Part shown: positions 1-10,639 of the stretch, piece by piece
Position numbering within the stretch: the first letter of the stretch is position 1
Layout: each line of letters opens with the position of its first letter
IMG/VR virus record: IMGVR_UViG_2565956710_000003
Span: 1 to 46,613 of that record
DNA: 46,613 nucleotides
Direction: 5' to 3' (one strand)
Source of the DNA: a virus
Lineage: Duplodnaviria > Heunggongvirae > Uroviricota > Caudoviricetes
The notes under the pieces: generated by a model
The model's input: only the letters and a program-made list of their open reading frames with translations
Database searches by the model: none
What the model was told of the DNA's origin: nothing
Translations under genes and position numbers: made by a program

Positions 1-1284
1 CTACTTCTTCGCCTCTGCAACCACTTTGCTACCCACGCCGCGGTTATTGTATTCCCACATGCGGTTGTAGTTAGTGTCATTCAGATTGCGCTGTACTTCG
101 TCGTTATCATCAACGCTGCCGGTGTTACCCGCAAATGGACGATTAGAGATCACCGCATCAGCCCACGGTTTGGCTGTGTTAAAACCTTCGTTGATGGCGC
201 TATCACGGATCACTACCTGACCGTTGGTATTGGCATCAACATCCAGCGAGCGGCCCAGTTGCGCCACGCCATCACCGGAAGCATTGAAACGGCTGTTTAC
301 GGCGAGGAAACCGTAGTAAATGTTGGACAGCGTAGCCGGTGCAAACACATACGCTTCTTGCTGGGTACGGGAGTTCACCACGCGGAATTCGGTGTTATCG
401 AACACCACTGCGCCGCGACCAGAAACGATATCCACATCCCCTTCAATATAGCTGTTGGTCACCAGCGTACGCGGCTGACGATTCGTTTCCAGACGGTTCT
501 GCACACCGCTGTTGGTGACAAAGAAGGTGTTCTGACGACCGAGAATGTTGACGTTATTGATCTGCACTTTGTCGCCATCAGTACGCAGTGCCACCGCCGG
601 ATGGTTACCCGCATCTACGCTATCGCCCAGCGTGTTTTCGATGGTCAGGTTTTGCAGTTGCAGGCCATTGTTTTGTGACCAGAAGACCGCAGAGCAGAGA
701 ACACCGATACTGTCGCTGCGTTTACTCTGGCAGCTATCGTACATATACCACGCCGGTTTACCTGGCATATATTTGCCGCGCGGGTTGACGTCGTGACGCC
801 AGTCGGCAGGGCTCATGCCACCATCAAGGGAAAGCCCAATCTTCACATCAATCGGTTTTTCACCCGTACCGTACAGAGTAATTCCACCCGGAGCGGCAGG
901 GACATACACCGTTCCCTGATACTCACCAGGCATCACGGCAATATACTGGCGCTTGTTGGTACGCTTGATAATTGCCGCATCTACCGCCGCCTGAATCGTG
1001 GTATGCGTTACACCTTGAGTACCCGCCGGGCCGACAACAAAGTCAGGTTGCGCAGGCAGGGTAATCGGGGAAGGATTCCACGCTGCCGCACCTGGTGTCA
1101 GGGATGCAAAATAGTGTTGAGCATCGAAATTCTGCGCTTCTTTTGCCGACAGAATCGGGCGCGAAGAGGTACCAGGCGCGGTTTGATCAGAAGGACGTTG
1201 ATCGGGCGGTGTTGAGCTACAGGCGGTCAGCGTCACGCCAAAAGCCAATGCCAGCGCCAGACGGGAAACTGAAAATGTGTTCAC
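1..1284 (-). CDS. ybhC: Host YbhC-like lipoprotein (pectinesterase-fold family)
   Basis: 427-aa ORF with an N-terminal lipoprotein signal (LTAC lipobox); lies immediately left of a lambda-type attB core, as ybhC does in E. coli. Confidence 0.8.
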   Translation of the reverse strand: MNTFSVSRLALALAFGVTLTACSSTPPDQRPSDQTAPGTSSRPILSAKEAQNFDAQHYFASLTPGAAAWNPSPITLPAQPDFVVGPAGTQGVTHTTIQAAVDAAIIKRTNKRQYIAVMPGEYQGTVYVPAAPGGITLYGTGEKPIDVKIGLSLDGGMSPADWRHDVNPRGKYMPGKPAWYMYDSCQSKRSDSIGVLCSAVFWSQNNGLQLQNLTIENTLGDSVDAGNHPAVALRTDGDKVQINNVNILGRQNTFFVTNSGVQNRLETNRQPRTLVTNSYIEGDVDIVSGRGAVVFDNTEFRVVNSRTQQEAYVFAPATLSNIYYGFLAVNSRFNASGDGVAQLGRSLDVDANTNGQVVIRDSAINEGFNTAKPWADAVISNRPFAGNTGSVDDNDEVQRNLNDTNYNRMWEYNNRGVGSKVVAEAKK

Positions 1285-1330
1285 AGGTTGCTCCGGGCTA
1301 TGAAATAGAAAAATGAATCCGTTGAAGCCT

Positions 1331-1345
1331 GCTTTTTTATACTAA
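1331..1345. other. attL core (B-O-P'), followed by the lambda P' arm (about 1346-1430)
   Basis: Core GCTTTTTTATACTAA followed by GTTGGCATTATAAAAAAGCATTGCTTATCAATTTGTTGCAACGAACAGGTCACTATCAGTCAAAATAAAATCATTATTTG, matching the lambda P' arm as I recall it. Confidence 0.9.
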
Positions 1346-1418
1346 GTTGGCATTATAAAAAAGCATTGCTTATCAATTTGTTGCAACGAACAGGTCACTA
1401 TCAGTCAAAATAAAATCA

Positions 1419-2489
1419 TTATTTGATTTCAATTTTGTCCCACTCCCTGCCTCTGTCATCACGATACTGTGATGCCATGGTGTCCGACTTATGCCCGAGA
1501 AGATGTTGAGCAAACTTATCGCTTATCTGCTTCTCATAGAGTCTTGCAGACAAACTGCGCAACTCGTGAAAGGTAGGCGGATCCCCTTCGAAGGAAAGAC
1601 CTGATGCTTTTCGTGCGCGCATAAAATACCTTGATACTGTGCCGGATGAAAGCGGTTCACGACGAGTAGATGCAATTATGGTTTCTCCGCCAAGAATCTC
1701 TTTGCATTTATCAAGTGTTTCCTTCATTGATATCCCGAGAGCATCAACATGCAATGTTGTAGGGATGGCAATTTTTACACCTGTTTTGCTTTGCTCGACA
1801 TAAAGATATCCATCTACGATATCAGACCACTTCATTTCGCATAAATCACCAACTCGCTGCCCGGTAACAACAGCCAGTTCCATTGCAAGTCTGAGCCAAC
1901 ATGGTGATGATTCTGCTGCTTGATAAATTTTCAGGTATTCGTCAGCCGTAAGTCTTGATCTCCTTACCTCTGATTTTGCAGCGCGAGTGGCAGCGACCGG
2001 GTTTATTGTTATATGGCCTTCAGCTATTGCCTCTCGGAATGCATCGCTCAGTGTTGATCTGATTAACTTGGCTGACGCCGCCTTGCCCTCGTCTATGTAT
2101 CCATTGAGCATTGCCGCAATTTCTTTTGTAGTGATGTCTTCAAGTGGAGCATCAGGCAGCCCCCTCCTTATTGCTTTAATTTTGCTCATATAATTTATGA
2201 GTGTCTTCTGCTTGATTCCTCTGCTGGCGAGGATTTTTTCGTAGCGATCAAGCCATGAATGTAACGTAACAGAATTATCACTGTTGATTCTCGCTGTCAG
2301 AGGCTTGTGTTTGTGTCCTGAAAATAACTCAATGTTGGCCTGTATTGCTTCAGTGATTGCTATCCTCCTGTCTCGGCCTAATCCAAACTCTTTACCCGTC
2401 CTTGGGTCCCTGTAGCAGTAATATCCATTGTTTCTTATATAAAGATTAGGGGGTAAATCCCGGCGCTCATGACTTCGCCTTCTTCCCAT
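1419..2489 (-). CDS. int: Lambda-type tyrosine integrase
   Basis: 356-aa ORF beginning MGRRRSHERRDLPPNLYIRNNGYYCYRDPRTGKEF, essentially lambda Int; adjacent to attL. Confidence 0.95.
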   Translation of the reverse strand: MGRRRSHERRDLPPNLYIRNNGYYCYRDPRTGKEFGLGRDRRIAITEAIQANIELFSGHKHKPLTARINSDNSVTLHSWLDRYEKILASRGIKQKTLINYMSKIKAIRRGLPDAPLEDITTKEIAAMLNGYIDEGKAASAKLIRSTLSDAFREAIAEGHITINPVAATRAAKSEVRRSRLTADEYLKIYQAAESSPCWLRLAMELAVVTGQRVGDLCEMKWSDIVDGYLYVEQSKTGVKIAIPTTLHVDALGISMKETLDKCKEILGGETIIASTRREPLSSGTVSRYFMRARKASGLSFEGDPPTFHELRSLSARLYEKQISDKFAQHLLGHKSDTMASQYRDDRGREWDKIEIK

Positions 2490-2685
2490 TTTTGATCCTC
2501 TTCAAAAGGCTACCTGTTACTGGTCGATTTAAGTCAACCTTTACCGCTGATTCGTGGAACAAATACTCTCTTCCGTCCTTAACCGGTGGTGGGAATATCC
2601 TGCACTCGCGTACCCATCGACGAACTGTTTCAAGGCTTCTTGGGCGTCGCTGGCGTGCGTTCCACTCCTGAAGTGTCAAGTACAT
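2467..2685 (-). CDS. xis: Excisionase
   Basis: 72-aa ORF MYLTLQEWNARQRRPRSLETVRRWVRECRIFPPP, lambda Xis; overlaps the int start as in lambda. Confidence 0.95.
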   Translation of the reverse strand: MYLTLQEWNARQRRPRSLETVRRWVRECRIFPPPVKDGREYLFHESAVKVDLNRPVTGSLLKRIKNGKKAKS

Positions 2686-2790
2686 CGCAAAGTCTCCGCA
2701 ATTACACGCAAGAAAAGCCGCATTGATGCGGCGATGGTAGGTCTGGATATCTTGAGAAATGAACAGGCCTCATCGAGTGTGAGGCTGTGG

Positions 2791-3135
2791 TTAGTCCTTG
2801 CGTAGCTCGCTGATTCTTCTGTAAGTCTCTGGTGCTTTGTTTCCGTGTATCTTCATTTCAGACTTCAACAGAGCAACGAGAGAATCCCATTCGTTGAGGA
2901 TGCCTTTGAATGCCGGAACGCGCTTTGCAACCTTGTCGAATGAATCTCTGATTTCTGGAATCTGCTCAACAAGTGCAACGCATCGCCGAAAGTCTGCTGC
3001 GTCATGGGGAGCGCCGAAGTGATGACCATAGATATTCTTTTTCAGGCCACATGCGATTGAGGCAAGAGTTGCGCTACTGATTCCGACATCGCCAGTTGAT
3101 TGCCATTTCAAAACCTTCATAGCCAAATCTGACAT
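2791..3135 (-). CDS. Hypothetical protein (early-left accessory region)
   Basis: 114-aa ORF with a GGAGA Shine-Dalgarno 6 nt upstream of the ATG; same strand as the pL operon. Confidence 0.55.
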   Translation of the reverse strand: MSDLAMKVLKWQSTGDVGISSATLASIACGLKKNIYGHHFGAPHDAADFRRCVALVEQIPEIRDSFDKVAKRVPAFKGILNEWDSLVALLKSEMKIHGNKAPETYRRISELRKD

Positions 3136-3207
3136 TTCTTGTCTCCATAAAACAAAACCCGCCGTAGCGAGTTCAGATAAAAGAAATCCCCGCGAGTGCG
3201 AGGATTA

Positions 3208-3492
3208 TCATTCATTGCCGATATTTACCTTTATCGCGTATACCTTTACCGGTTTATCGCCGAAGTGGGGATGCGTGATTGTCTTGATTTCATATCCGTC
3301 ATAAGGGACGTCAATTCTGCGGCTGGAATCGTCGCGCTTCGGGTATCCCTTTGTGATAATCAGGCGGTCATACTCGCGTAACATAATTCGCTTATTCCAG
3401 TAGTCATTACACAGGCGATACTCTTCCGTTTTCTCTCCACGAATCATGGCATCGAAGTATTCACCTTTGACGGCAAGTTGCAGGTTAGTCAC
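3208..3492 (-). CDS. Hypothetical protein
   Basis: 94-aa ORF with a GTG start preceded by AGGAGG at 6-nt spacing; the longer ATG-start ORF would overlap the upstream gene by 46 nt. Confidence 0.5.
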   Translation of the reverse strand: MTNLQLAVKGEYFDAMIRGEKTEEYRLCNDYWNKRIMLREYDRLIITKGYPKRDDSSRRIDVPYDGYEIKTITHPHFGDKPVKVYAIKVNIGNE

Positions 3493-4228
3493 GGTTAACC
3501 TCCTGCGGCGGTTTTGCTGCAAAATGCGCAATACCTTTATCCCAGATGGATTTTATGGTCGTCCACGTGACTGGTACTTTAATTTCAATCCGCCCGCTAC
3601 CGTCACAGGTATCGCAATCATCATCGCCAAAGCATTCCGGGCAGCTTATAAACGTAGTTTCTGAAAATTCACCGGATAGCACACCCTTAGCGCCGTTCTC
3701 AGCGGTTAGTTTCTTCGGCACTATAACCCAACCATCCGGAGTTACCGGAGAGTTGCCACCGGGAATATTTTCCGGAATATTTTGTTGTGCGTTTTGTGGT
3801 TGTTCGGATTTACCATGAAGCATGGCGGCGCGGCAGGCGTTCCAGCCAGCTGTTCGCCCAAGCGCGTAAACTTCAGATGGCTCAAGATAATCAATGTCAT
3901 GCCCGTCCTCATCGTCGTTCTCAGGTAATGCAGCAGGTACTACCGGTACTGGCGGGGCGGTGTAAAGTGGAATAGCTTCTGTCTTGCACCCATCCCCCTT
4001 GCCGGGTGATAGTGGCGCAAGACACACCCGCCACGGGCCAATCTGCACACCGTCAAAAAGACTAGTAAGCCGCCATTTCCACGCTACAGGCTCTGCTTCC
4101 AGCGATGCCAGAGCAATTCGTGCCAGTTCTTCCGCTTCTTCTGCTGGCAGTACAACGTTGCTACCAGGTCCGTATGTTTCGCGCCACCGCTTGATTGTCA
4201 GTAGTCGCTCTTTGGTTATAGTGGTCAT
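3485..4228 (-). CDS. Hypothetical protein with C-terminal Cys-rich cluster (CPECFGDDDCDTCDGSG)
   Basis: 247-aa ORF in the pL operon orientation. Confidence 0.55.
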   Translation of the reverse strand: MTTITKERLLTIKRWRETYGPGSNVVLPAEEAEELARIALASLEAEPVAWKWRLTSLFDGVQIGPWRVCLAPLSPGKGDGCKTEAIPLYTAPPVPVVPAALPENDDEDGHDIDYLEPSEVYALGRTAGWNACRAAMLHGKSEQPQNAQQNIPENIPGGNSPVTPDGWVIVPKKLTAENGAKGVLSGEFSETTFISCPECFGDDDCDTCDGSGRIEIKVPVTWTTIKSIWDKGIAHFAAKPPQEVNRD

Positions 4229-4434
4229 TTGTTAACCCTCAAAACTTTATGCCCGGGCGCAAAAGCACGTGTTTTGTCTTTGCTTATTCGCCAGCCATCC
4301 TTACGCGCCTCTTTTGCACAACCAGCCCATGACGTACCGATATACTCTCCGAAGTCTGGCACTTGATATACACCTTCCGTACACTGGCGGCAGTCACAAT
4401 AGAGATGCATGGTGTAACTTGCGGCAATAGCCAT
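4225..4434 (-). CDS. Hypothetical small Cys-rich protein
   Basis: 69-aa ORF (MAIAASYTMHLYCDCRQC...) with an AGGAG Shine-Dalgarno 6 nt upstream; stop overlaps the start of the next gene. Confidence 0.45.
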   Translation of the reverse strand: MAIAASYTMHLYCDCRQCTEGVYQVPDFGEYIGTSWAGCAKEARKDGWRISKDKTRAFAPGHKVLRVNK

Positions 4435-4796
4435 ATCACTCTCCTTTAGTACGCAAGTGGTTTTTCCAGCGGTTTTGCGCCGCGCTGGGCTTTTTGCAAA
4501 AACCACAATCCATCATCCCGTAATGTTTCATTAACCCCATCCGTCGGTTGCTGAGTCTCACCCACTGCCAGACGCCAGGAGCGTTTCTACGAACTAACAG
4601 AATCTTTGCTTTACGGTTTTTCATCGTTTTGCTCTCCCGCGTCTCTTTGCTGCTCGTCGTGCCGATGCAATACCGGTATGGCGGCGCTTTGGTGCCGGGA
4701 TGATGTTGTCAGCCATCAGGACATGTGGCTTTGCAATTAGCGCAGAAGCCCAAAAACGAGTCGGGTACGGTAACAAGCCGATACATGCCACACGCA

Positions 4797-5555
4797 TTAC
4801 TCACCTCCTTTGATGCGAATGCCAGCGGTGCGGGAATCATTCCATCGCTTTACTTCTTCACGAATTACGTCAATGCATTCTTTCGAATCCATTAGGTAAT
4901 CTTCATCAAAAAGACGTTCCTGTTCGTTTTCTATCGCAACAATGATTGCTTCAACTAACTTTTGTGCCTGAGAATCACTTTCTAACTCTGCTATGCGCTT
5001 CTCTGCGGCTTCCAGCGCTGCAACCAATTCGTCTACAGTTCCGGCAGCTTGCAGTGCGTAATCGGTAATAGCCATCTCATGATCAATTTCAGTACCGTTC
5101 TCATTCGTTGAGGTGATAGCAAAATAATCAGAGTCGATTTCGTTATCAGCTAAGTGGCGTAGCGTATCGGCAACAAGCTGGCCGTTTTCGATTAGCAGCC
5201 CCCCAACCGTTAGCGCAATATCCTCGTTCTCCTGGTCGCGGCGTTTGATATATTGCTGGTTTCTTTCCCGTTCATCCAGCAGCGCCAGCACGGTAGCTGG
5301 ATTGGCTGCGGCGATGAATTCAGCATTGGCCTGCTGTTCTATTTGGAAATCTTCATCGAAACCGCTTTCAGGATGCGCTCCTTCAATTCTGCAAATGGGA
5401 AGATATCCAGCAGCCTCGCGATGAATTAGTGCATCATCACCATCAAATCGGCCCTCTCCATATTCGAGCAACCACTCGCCACACGTTGCTTTTTCTGCCT
5501 TAGCACGCAGTGCCTGATAGTCAATCTTGCTCACTGGTTGCCTCCTTTGCGCCAC
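4797..5555 (-). CDS. Hypothetical acidic protein
   Basis: 252-aa ORF in the pL operon orientation. Confidence 0.55.
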   Translation of the reverse strand: MAQRRQPVSKIDYQALRAKAEKATCGEWLLEYGEGRFDGDDALIHREAAGYLPICRIEGAHPESGFDEDFQIEQQANAEFIAAANPATVLALLDERERNQQYIKRRDQENEDIALTVGGLLIENGQLVADTLRHLADNEIDSDYFAITSTNENGTEIDHEMAITDYALQAAGTVDELVAALEAAEKRIAELESDSQAQKLVEAIIVAIENEQERLFDEDYLMDSKECIDVIREEVKRWNDSRTAGIRIKGGE

Positions 5556-5694
5556 ATCGCATTCAGATATTTGTTTTGATTCACTGACGGAAAAGAATTT
5601 CTCTTAAGTAATTCCTCTCTCGATGGCATTGGCTTTACGCGTTGGCGAATAATCATTTCTGCCGGAAGAATGCCGGGATTGTATGCAAGTCCTC

Positions 5695-5985
5695 TCATGA
5701 TTTACTCTCCATGAACTGGTCAATAGCCATGCTAAGTGACACACCTAAAGTCTCGATATGCTGCTGAATATCCTGTAGCGTCTGCACCTGAGATAACAGG
5801 ATTTCACGGTTGCATAACTCTTTAACCAGATGCTCAAACTTGCTGTAATAACCGATACGGCTTAGTGTTTCTTTCCCTGCATTATCACCTTCTTTGATAA
5901 TTCCTCTTTCGCTAAGAATCAGGTCGTGTTTGGTTCCGGTAATAACGTATTTTCCGAGGTCGATGTTTAGCTTCATTGTTTTCAT
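5695..5985 (-). CDS. Hypothetical protein
   Basis: 96-aa ORF starting [10 protein letters not shown] with a GAGGAA Shine-Dalgarno upstream; the longer 146-aa reading would overlap the upstream gene. Confidence 0.45.
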   Translation of the reverse strand: MKTMKLNIDLGKYVITGTKHDLILSERGIIKEGDNAGKETLSRIGYYSKFEHLVKELCNREILLSQVQTLQDIQQHIETLGVSLSMAIDQFMESKS

Positions 5986-5995
5986 TGTTAATTCC

Positions 5996-6289
5996 TCAGT
6001 CATTACTGATAGCGCCATAGCGTGAGCGGTAATTACGCAGGCGCGGGTCAATTTCAGGGAAGTGGGTATATGTGGCTTTGCGGAATGGTCGGATTGATGT
6101 CTGGTAAATTCGCTCGTGTTCTTCTTTCTCTGCAAGCCATATACAATGGCGAAATTCCTTTTCCTCTTTCGTTTCCTGCGGTAGAGACATTATCCGGTCG
6201 TAGTTTTTTCTGAATTTATCCAGCACCTCCGATACGGAATTGCCGGAACAGCGGCGCGGGTCATCCGCACCATACAGAGGTGCTGGCAT
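5996..6289 (-). CDS. Hypothetical protein
   Basis: 97-aa ORF in the pL operon orientation. Confidence 0.5.
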   Translation of the reverse strand: MPAPLYGADDPRRCSGNSVSEVLDKFRKNYDRIMSLPQETKEEKEFRHCIWLAEKEEHERIYQTSIRPFRKATYTHFPEIDPRLRNYRSRYGAISND

Positions 6290-6312
6290 AATGGAATCCT
6301 TATATTGCTAAT

Positions 6313-6696
6313 TTAGAAGGGAATTGAATCGTCGTATTCAGGATGATTTTGATGATTGCTACTTTGCTGCTGTTGGCTGTTTCCTGAAGTTGCAAATCCA
6401 ATCTTTGCATTCAGTAATTCAAGAGTGATTGATTGACCATTTTGCCCCTGATAAACATCGACCCTGATGTTTTCTCCGGTAATTTCCACAATGCCTCCTT
6501 CAACCAGAACGCTACGGTAGTAATCCGCTTGCGCTCCCGGCTTGGCAAATACAACGGCGCTGTAGTTTGTCCATTCTTTCTTTTTTGTCTGGCGGTCGTA
6601 ATACTGAACGCCAGCACGGATATTGAATCCGATATTTTCACCTGCCTGAAACTCTCTTGCAGGCTTGTTTAGTCTTACAGTAATCGAATGTGCCAT
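6313..6696 (-). CDS. ssb: Phage single-stranded DNA-binding protein
   Basis: 127-aa protein from MAHSITVRLNK with a Gln-rich linker and an acidic C-terminal tail ending DDSIPF, typical of SSB. Confidence 0.8.
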   Translation of the reverse strand: MAHSITVRLNKPAREFQAGENIGFNIRAGVQYYDRQTKKKEWTNYSAVVFAKPGAQADYYRSVLVEGGIVEITGENIRVDVYQGQNGQSITLELLNAKIGFATSGNSQQQQSSNHQNHPEYDDSIPF

Positions 6697-7301
6697 TAAG
6701 CAACTGCTCCTTCTAATTCGTCTCGTCTGATGTTGTAAACGTCCTGCGCTTTGTGCTGCTCCGGTGTACCTTCGAGCATCTTCCACGCTTTGGCGAACGC
6801 CTGTTTAAGCTCTTCTACGGTGTTTTTCTGCATTGCTGCGTCAGTGAATGCTTTTAGAACCTGTTCAGGTGTAGGTGATGGTTTTGATTGCTTTACTGCT
6901 GCGTTCTGCTGATGTTTATGCTCGTCTGTATCTGCATCTTTCGCATCATCTATTCCGAACAAACCATTAAGGCAATACTTGCGCGCATAAGAGCTTGTAG
7001 CTCCCGTAACTTGTGCAGAATCCATTCCTTTCTTGCTTTCTTCCTCTCTTGCGAGAGCGGTTGCCGTATGGCGGTTTTCACCATCGGTAATAGTTGCCGT
7101 GGCTTTCACGTAATACCGATCACCAATCAACACAACTTCATCGCTGATTGATAAAAACAGGCCATTCAGTAACGGCTTAACGCCCTCAAGAATGTCTTCG
7201 CAGCTTCTGTATTTATATTTACCGAATGAGTTGTACTGATTTTTTGGCGCGTTCAGATTCTCCTGAATAGCTGCCAGTCTTGCGTAAAATTCTTTGCTCA
7301 T
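6696..7301 (-). CDS. erf: Erf-family single-strand annealing recombinase
   Basis: Begins MSKEFYARLAAIQENLNAPKNQYNSFGKYKYRSCEDILEGVKPLL, matching P22 Erf as I recall it; stop overlaps the ssb start (TAATG). Confidence 0.85.
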   Translation of the reverse strand: MSKEFYARLAAIQENLNAPKNQYNSFGKYKYRSCEDILEGVKPLLNGLFLSISDEVVLIGDRYYVKATATITDGENRHTATALAREEESKKGMDSAQVTGATSSYARKYCLNGLFGIDDAKDADTDEHKHQQNAAVKQSKPSPTPEQVLKAFTDAAMQKNTVEELKQAFAKAWKMLEGTPEQHKAQDVYNIRRDELEGAVA

Positions 7302-7311
7302 ATGTTTGTTC

Positions 7312-7482
7312 TCAGAATGGACATGGCCCAAGGAAATAACGCTGATTTAATACTTCAGTCTTTGCCGCATTTAAAAATACGCGAACACCTTCACGATCTC
7401 CCTTCTGGCGATACATTAACGCCTGCTGCGTGTACATGCGTCTCTGTAACTTGCTCTCCTTCACGGTGGTTGCAAGTGACAT
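7312..7482 (-). CDS. Small hypothetical protein (Arf-like position between kil and erf)
   Basis: 56-aa ORF MSLATTVKESKLQRRMYTQQ... with AAGGAG 6 nt upstream of the ATG. Confidence 0.45.
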   Translation of the reverse strand: MSLATTVKESKLQRRMYTQQALMYRQKGDREGVRVFLNAAKTEVLNQRYFLGPCPF

Positions 7483-7557
7483 GAATATCTCCTTCGTTAC
7501 CGATTAATTCTTTCATCTGACGAATGAATTCTTCGTCTGACCAGTTATCTGTAAAAC

Positions 7558-7710
7558 TCATTTCCTGCGATACCACGGAAGGTTGATAGCTGATTTCATC
7601 GCTTTATTTGCTTCAAGCCACATTTTGAAATCACCAATAAATCTGGCTATTACTGCTTTGTTTTGTGCTGCACGAAGCATCTGGTGATTGATGGTTATTT
7701 CATTGCGCAT
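7558..7710 (-). CDS. kil: Kil-like host-killing protein
   Basis: 50-aa ORF containing ARFIGDFKMWLEA, resembling the lambda Kil FIGDEKMFREA segment (recalled); located just downstream of cIII as in lambda. Confidence 0.5.
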   Translation of the reverse strand: MRNEITINHQMLRAAQNKAVIARFIGDFKMWLEANKAMKSAINLPWYRRK

Positions 7711-7829
7711 AACGCCTCCAGTTGTTTCTTTGCTGCTCTGATTAATTGTTTAACTCGGCGTGATAATTCAGATTCGAGCGGGTAGAAAGCGGACATGACG
7801 CCGCTACCCGCGAGCTGAAAGTGCATCAT
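7695..7829 (-). CDS. cIII: CIII-like FtsH inhibitor
   Basis: 44-aa ORF MMHFQLAGSGVMSAFYPLESELSRRVKQLI aligning with the lambda CIII core (AG...P.ES.L.R); AAGGAG Shine-Dalgarno 6 nt upstream. Confidence 0.6.
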   Translation of the reverse strand: MMHFQLAGSGVMSAFYPLESELSRRVKQLIRAAKKQLEALCAMK

Positions 7830-7893
7830 GGGTAACTCCTTATATTTGATTGCATAACGAAAACGCCTCTCGTGAAGCGTTATTGGTATGCAT

Positions 7894-7919
7894 ATAAAAA
7901 AGCCCTCACACTGGAGGGC
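7894..7919 (-). terminator. Rho-independent terminator (tL1-like) upstream of cIII
   Basis: Hairpin GCCCTC-ACACTG-GAGGGC followed on the minus strand by a T-run. Confidence 0.5.
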
Positions 7920-8042
7920 AAAGAAGATTTCCAATAATCAGAACAAGTCGGCTCCTGTTTAGTTACGAGCGACATTGCTCCGTGTATTCACTCGTTGGAA
8001 TGAATACACAGTGCAGTGTTTATTAGTATGCCTGTCTTTTAA

Positions 8043-8940
<898 letters not shown>

Positions 8941-9138
8941 CTGGATTCTCCTGTCAGTTAGCTTTGGTGATTGGATGGCCGGCGCTGAACCCCGGCTTAC
9001 TGGTTAGAGCGCCCGCACTACCAGTGACGCTGTCTTGAGGCGCAGATTGGTTACTGCTTGCCATGAGCGCTGTTTATACATTGGTCGAGCATCAGCCTGC
9101 TCATTCATCCAATCCCAAAGCCTTCTGCTTTGAATGCT

Positions 9139-9169
9139 ACCCTTCTTCAGGGCTTAATTTTTAAGAGCG
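9139..9169 (-). promoter_or_regulatory. nutL (boxB hairpin and boxA)
   Basis: Plus strand ACCCTTCTTCAGGGC (boxB, reverse complement) and TTAAGAGCG (boxA CGCTCTTAA reverse complement), upstream of N. Confidence 0.8.
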
Positions 9170-9201
9170 TCACCTTCATGGTGGTCAGTGCGTCCTGCTG
9201 A

Positions 9202-9272
9202 TGTGCTTAGTATCACCGCCAGTGGTATTTGTGTCAACACCGCCAGAGATAATTTATCACCGCAGATGGTTA
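9202..9272 (-). promoter_or_regulatory. pL promoter with oL1-oL2-oL3 operators
   Basis: Reverse complement of TTGACA (9233-9238) and GATACT (9209-9214); three 17-bp TATCACCGC-type operator sites. Confidence 0.85.
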
Positions 9273-9428
9273 TCTGTATGTTTTTTATATAGATTTATTT
9301 TTTGCAGGGTTGTGTGGATTGGGAAGGTGATCGAGAGATCTGAATTGCGATGTTTAGTGAGTTGTATCTATTAATTTTCAAATAAATACAATTGGTTATG
9401 TGTTATTGGGTGAAGGGGATCGTGAGGC

Positions 9429-9454
9429 AAAGAAAACCCGGCGCTGAGGCCGGG
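9429..9454 (-). terminator. Rho-independent terminator after the rex-slot gene (tImm-like)
   Basis: Hairpin CCCGGC-GCTGAG-GCCGGG followed on the minus strand by TTTTCT. Confidence 0.6.
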
Positions 9455-9463
9455 GCAATAAAG

Positions 9464-10399
9464 TTATTCTGCGTCAATATCTTCTACGGTTAGTAGAGGG
9501 TGTACCTTATCAAGCAATTGGATGAAATCTTCATAAGTATCGCTTGCTTGCATGAGTGTTGTTACCCCTGTAAGTCTCTTTTGAAGAAGACCATATCCAG
9601 TTCCCTCTGATAGAAACTGATGCATTTTTGCACCTGCCTTTTTTGCTTTTGCTCTTTCTTCCTTTAGCGCATTTCTTAGCTCTGGTGCCATGCGGTCATA
9701 AGTTATGTTATTCACAAGATGACCAAAGTATTGCGGTCTCCGCATGTTTGCTTTGAATGGGACTCCTCTGAGTCTACATAACTCCTCAAAGAATTCTGGC
9801 GGATATGTGCTTACCCATGGTCGCATTTCTTTAGCGATGAATTGCTCAAGGAGTTTTGCCAGTTCATCGCGCTCTCGTTCTTTTTGGTATCCAGTCGCTT
9901 CATCAACGAGCGCAACGGCGCCAACTCTGGCTAGAGCTTTATAGAGCGCTTTGGCTTTTGCAGCTGTATTCAAGTGATGCTTTTGTCGTAGGGCTCCATC
10001 CCTCTCAGCATCTGTCCATGCCTCGCAAAGCGCTGGTAGCATAGTAACGTCAATGCCATAAGCGACACCTGCACCTGATGTATTTTTATATACAATTGGT
10101 TCTGCTAGCGCTTCTCTTAGTTCATCAGAAATATATGGCTGAAGCTCATTTGCTTGGAGAACATATGGTAATTGACCTGGCTTCCCATTTGGTACCCATC
10201 TTGGCATTTTTGAGCCAACAGATACACCGAATGTTTCTGCCAATCCATTTGCACCTTGCATTGAAACCACTCTGCGACCATCAGGCAAAACAGCACAAGA
10301 AACACCTGTCGCCATTAATCCTGTGTGAGTTGGCTTTGGAGCTGATCTAACGATTGCTGACATTGCTGCTGCTTTTTGAGCTCGTTTTTTAGTATCCAT
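9464..10399 (-). CDS. Uncharacterised 311-aa protein occupying the lambda rexAB position
   Basis: ATG-start ORF (MDTKKRAQKAAAMSAIV...) between cI and pL, same strand as cI; own AT-rich upstream region; no similarity to RexA/RexB that I can recognise. Confidence 0.7.
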   Translation of the reverse strand: MDTKKRAQKAAAMSAIVRSAPKPTHTGLMATGVSCAVLPDGRRVVSMQGANGLAETFGVSVGSKMPRWVPNGKPGQLPYVLQANELQPYISDELREALAEPIVYKNTSGAGVAYGIDVTMLPALCEAWTDAERDGALRQKHHLNTAAKAKALYKALARVGAVALVDEATGYQKERERDELAKLLEQFIAKEMRPWVSTYPPEFFEELCRLRGVPFKANMRRPQYFGHLVNNITYDRMAPELRNALKEERAKAKKAGAKMHQFLSEGTGYGLLQKRLTGVTTLMQASDTYEDFIQLLDKVHPLLTVEDIDAE

Positions 10400-10610
10400 A
10401 AATCCCCCATATGCTTGGTTATGGTGATGATAGCTTATTTCAAATAAGCAGGGCAATGGTAGCTAAATCATTAATTAGCTACAAAATGCATCATTTTTAT
10501 TTATCTCATTGATATGTATATATTTATCGATAAAATATTTTTAGCTGTTCTGTGATTAAGCTAAATATTAATGCTAATTAATGCGTTAGCACAATGTGTG
10601 GATCACTACC

Positions 10611-10639
10611 AATAAAAAAGGCCGCACTTCTGTGCGACC
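10611..10639 (-). terminator. Rho-independent terminator immediately downstream of cI
   Basis: Hairpin GGTCGCAC-AGAA-GTGCGGCC followed on the minus strand by TTTTTTAT, starting 5 nt after the cI stop. Confidence 0.55.

Noticed and set aside
259-1316. Several plus-strand ORFs (60-140 aa) antisense to ybhC
   Set aside because: They lie wholly within the well-supported ybhC coding region on the opposite strand and have Arg-rich low-complexity translations typical of antisense frames.
9464-10456. Longer 330-aa reading of the rex-slot gene, and the possibility that it is RexA
   Set aside because: The longer ORF needs a TTG start with no Shine-Dalgarno, whereas the ATG at 10399 gives a clean 311-aa product. 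A single 311-aa gene does not match the two-gene rexA (279 aa) plus rexB (144 aa) organisation, and rexB is a multi-pass membrane protein whereas this protein has no hydrophobic segments.
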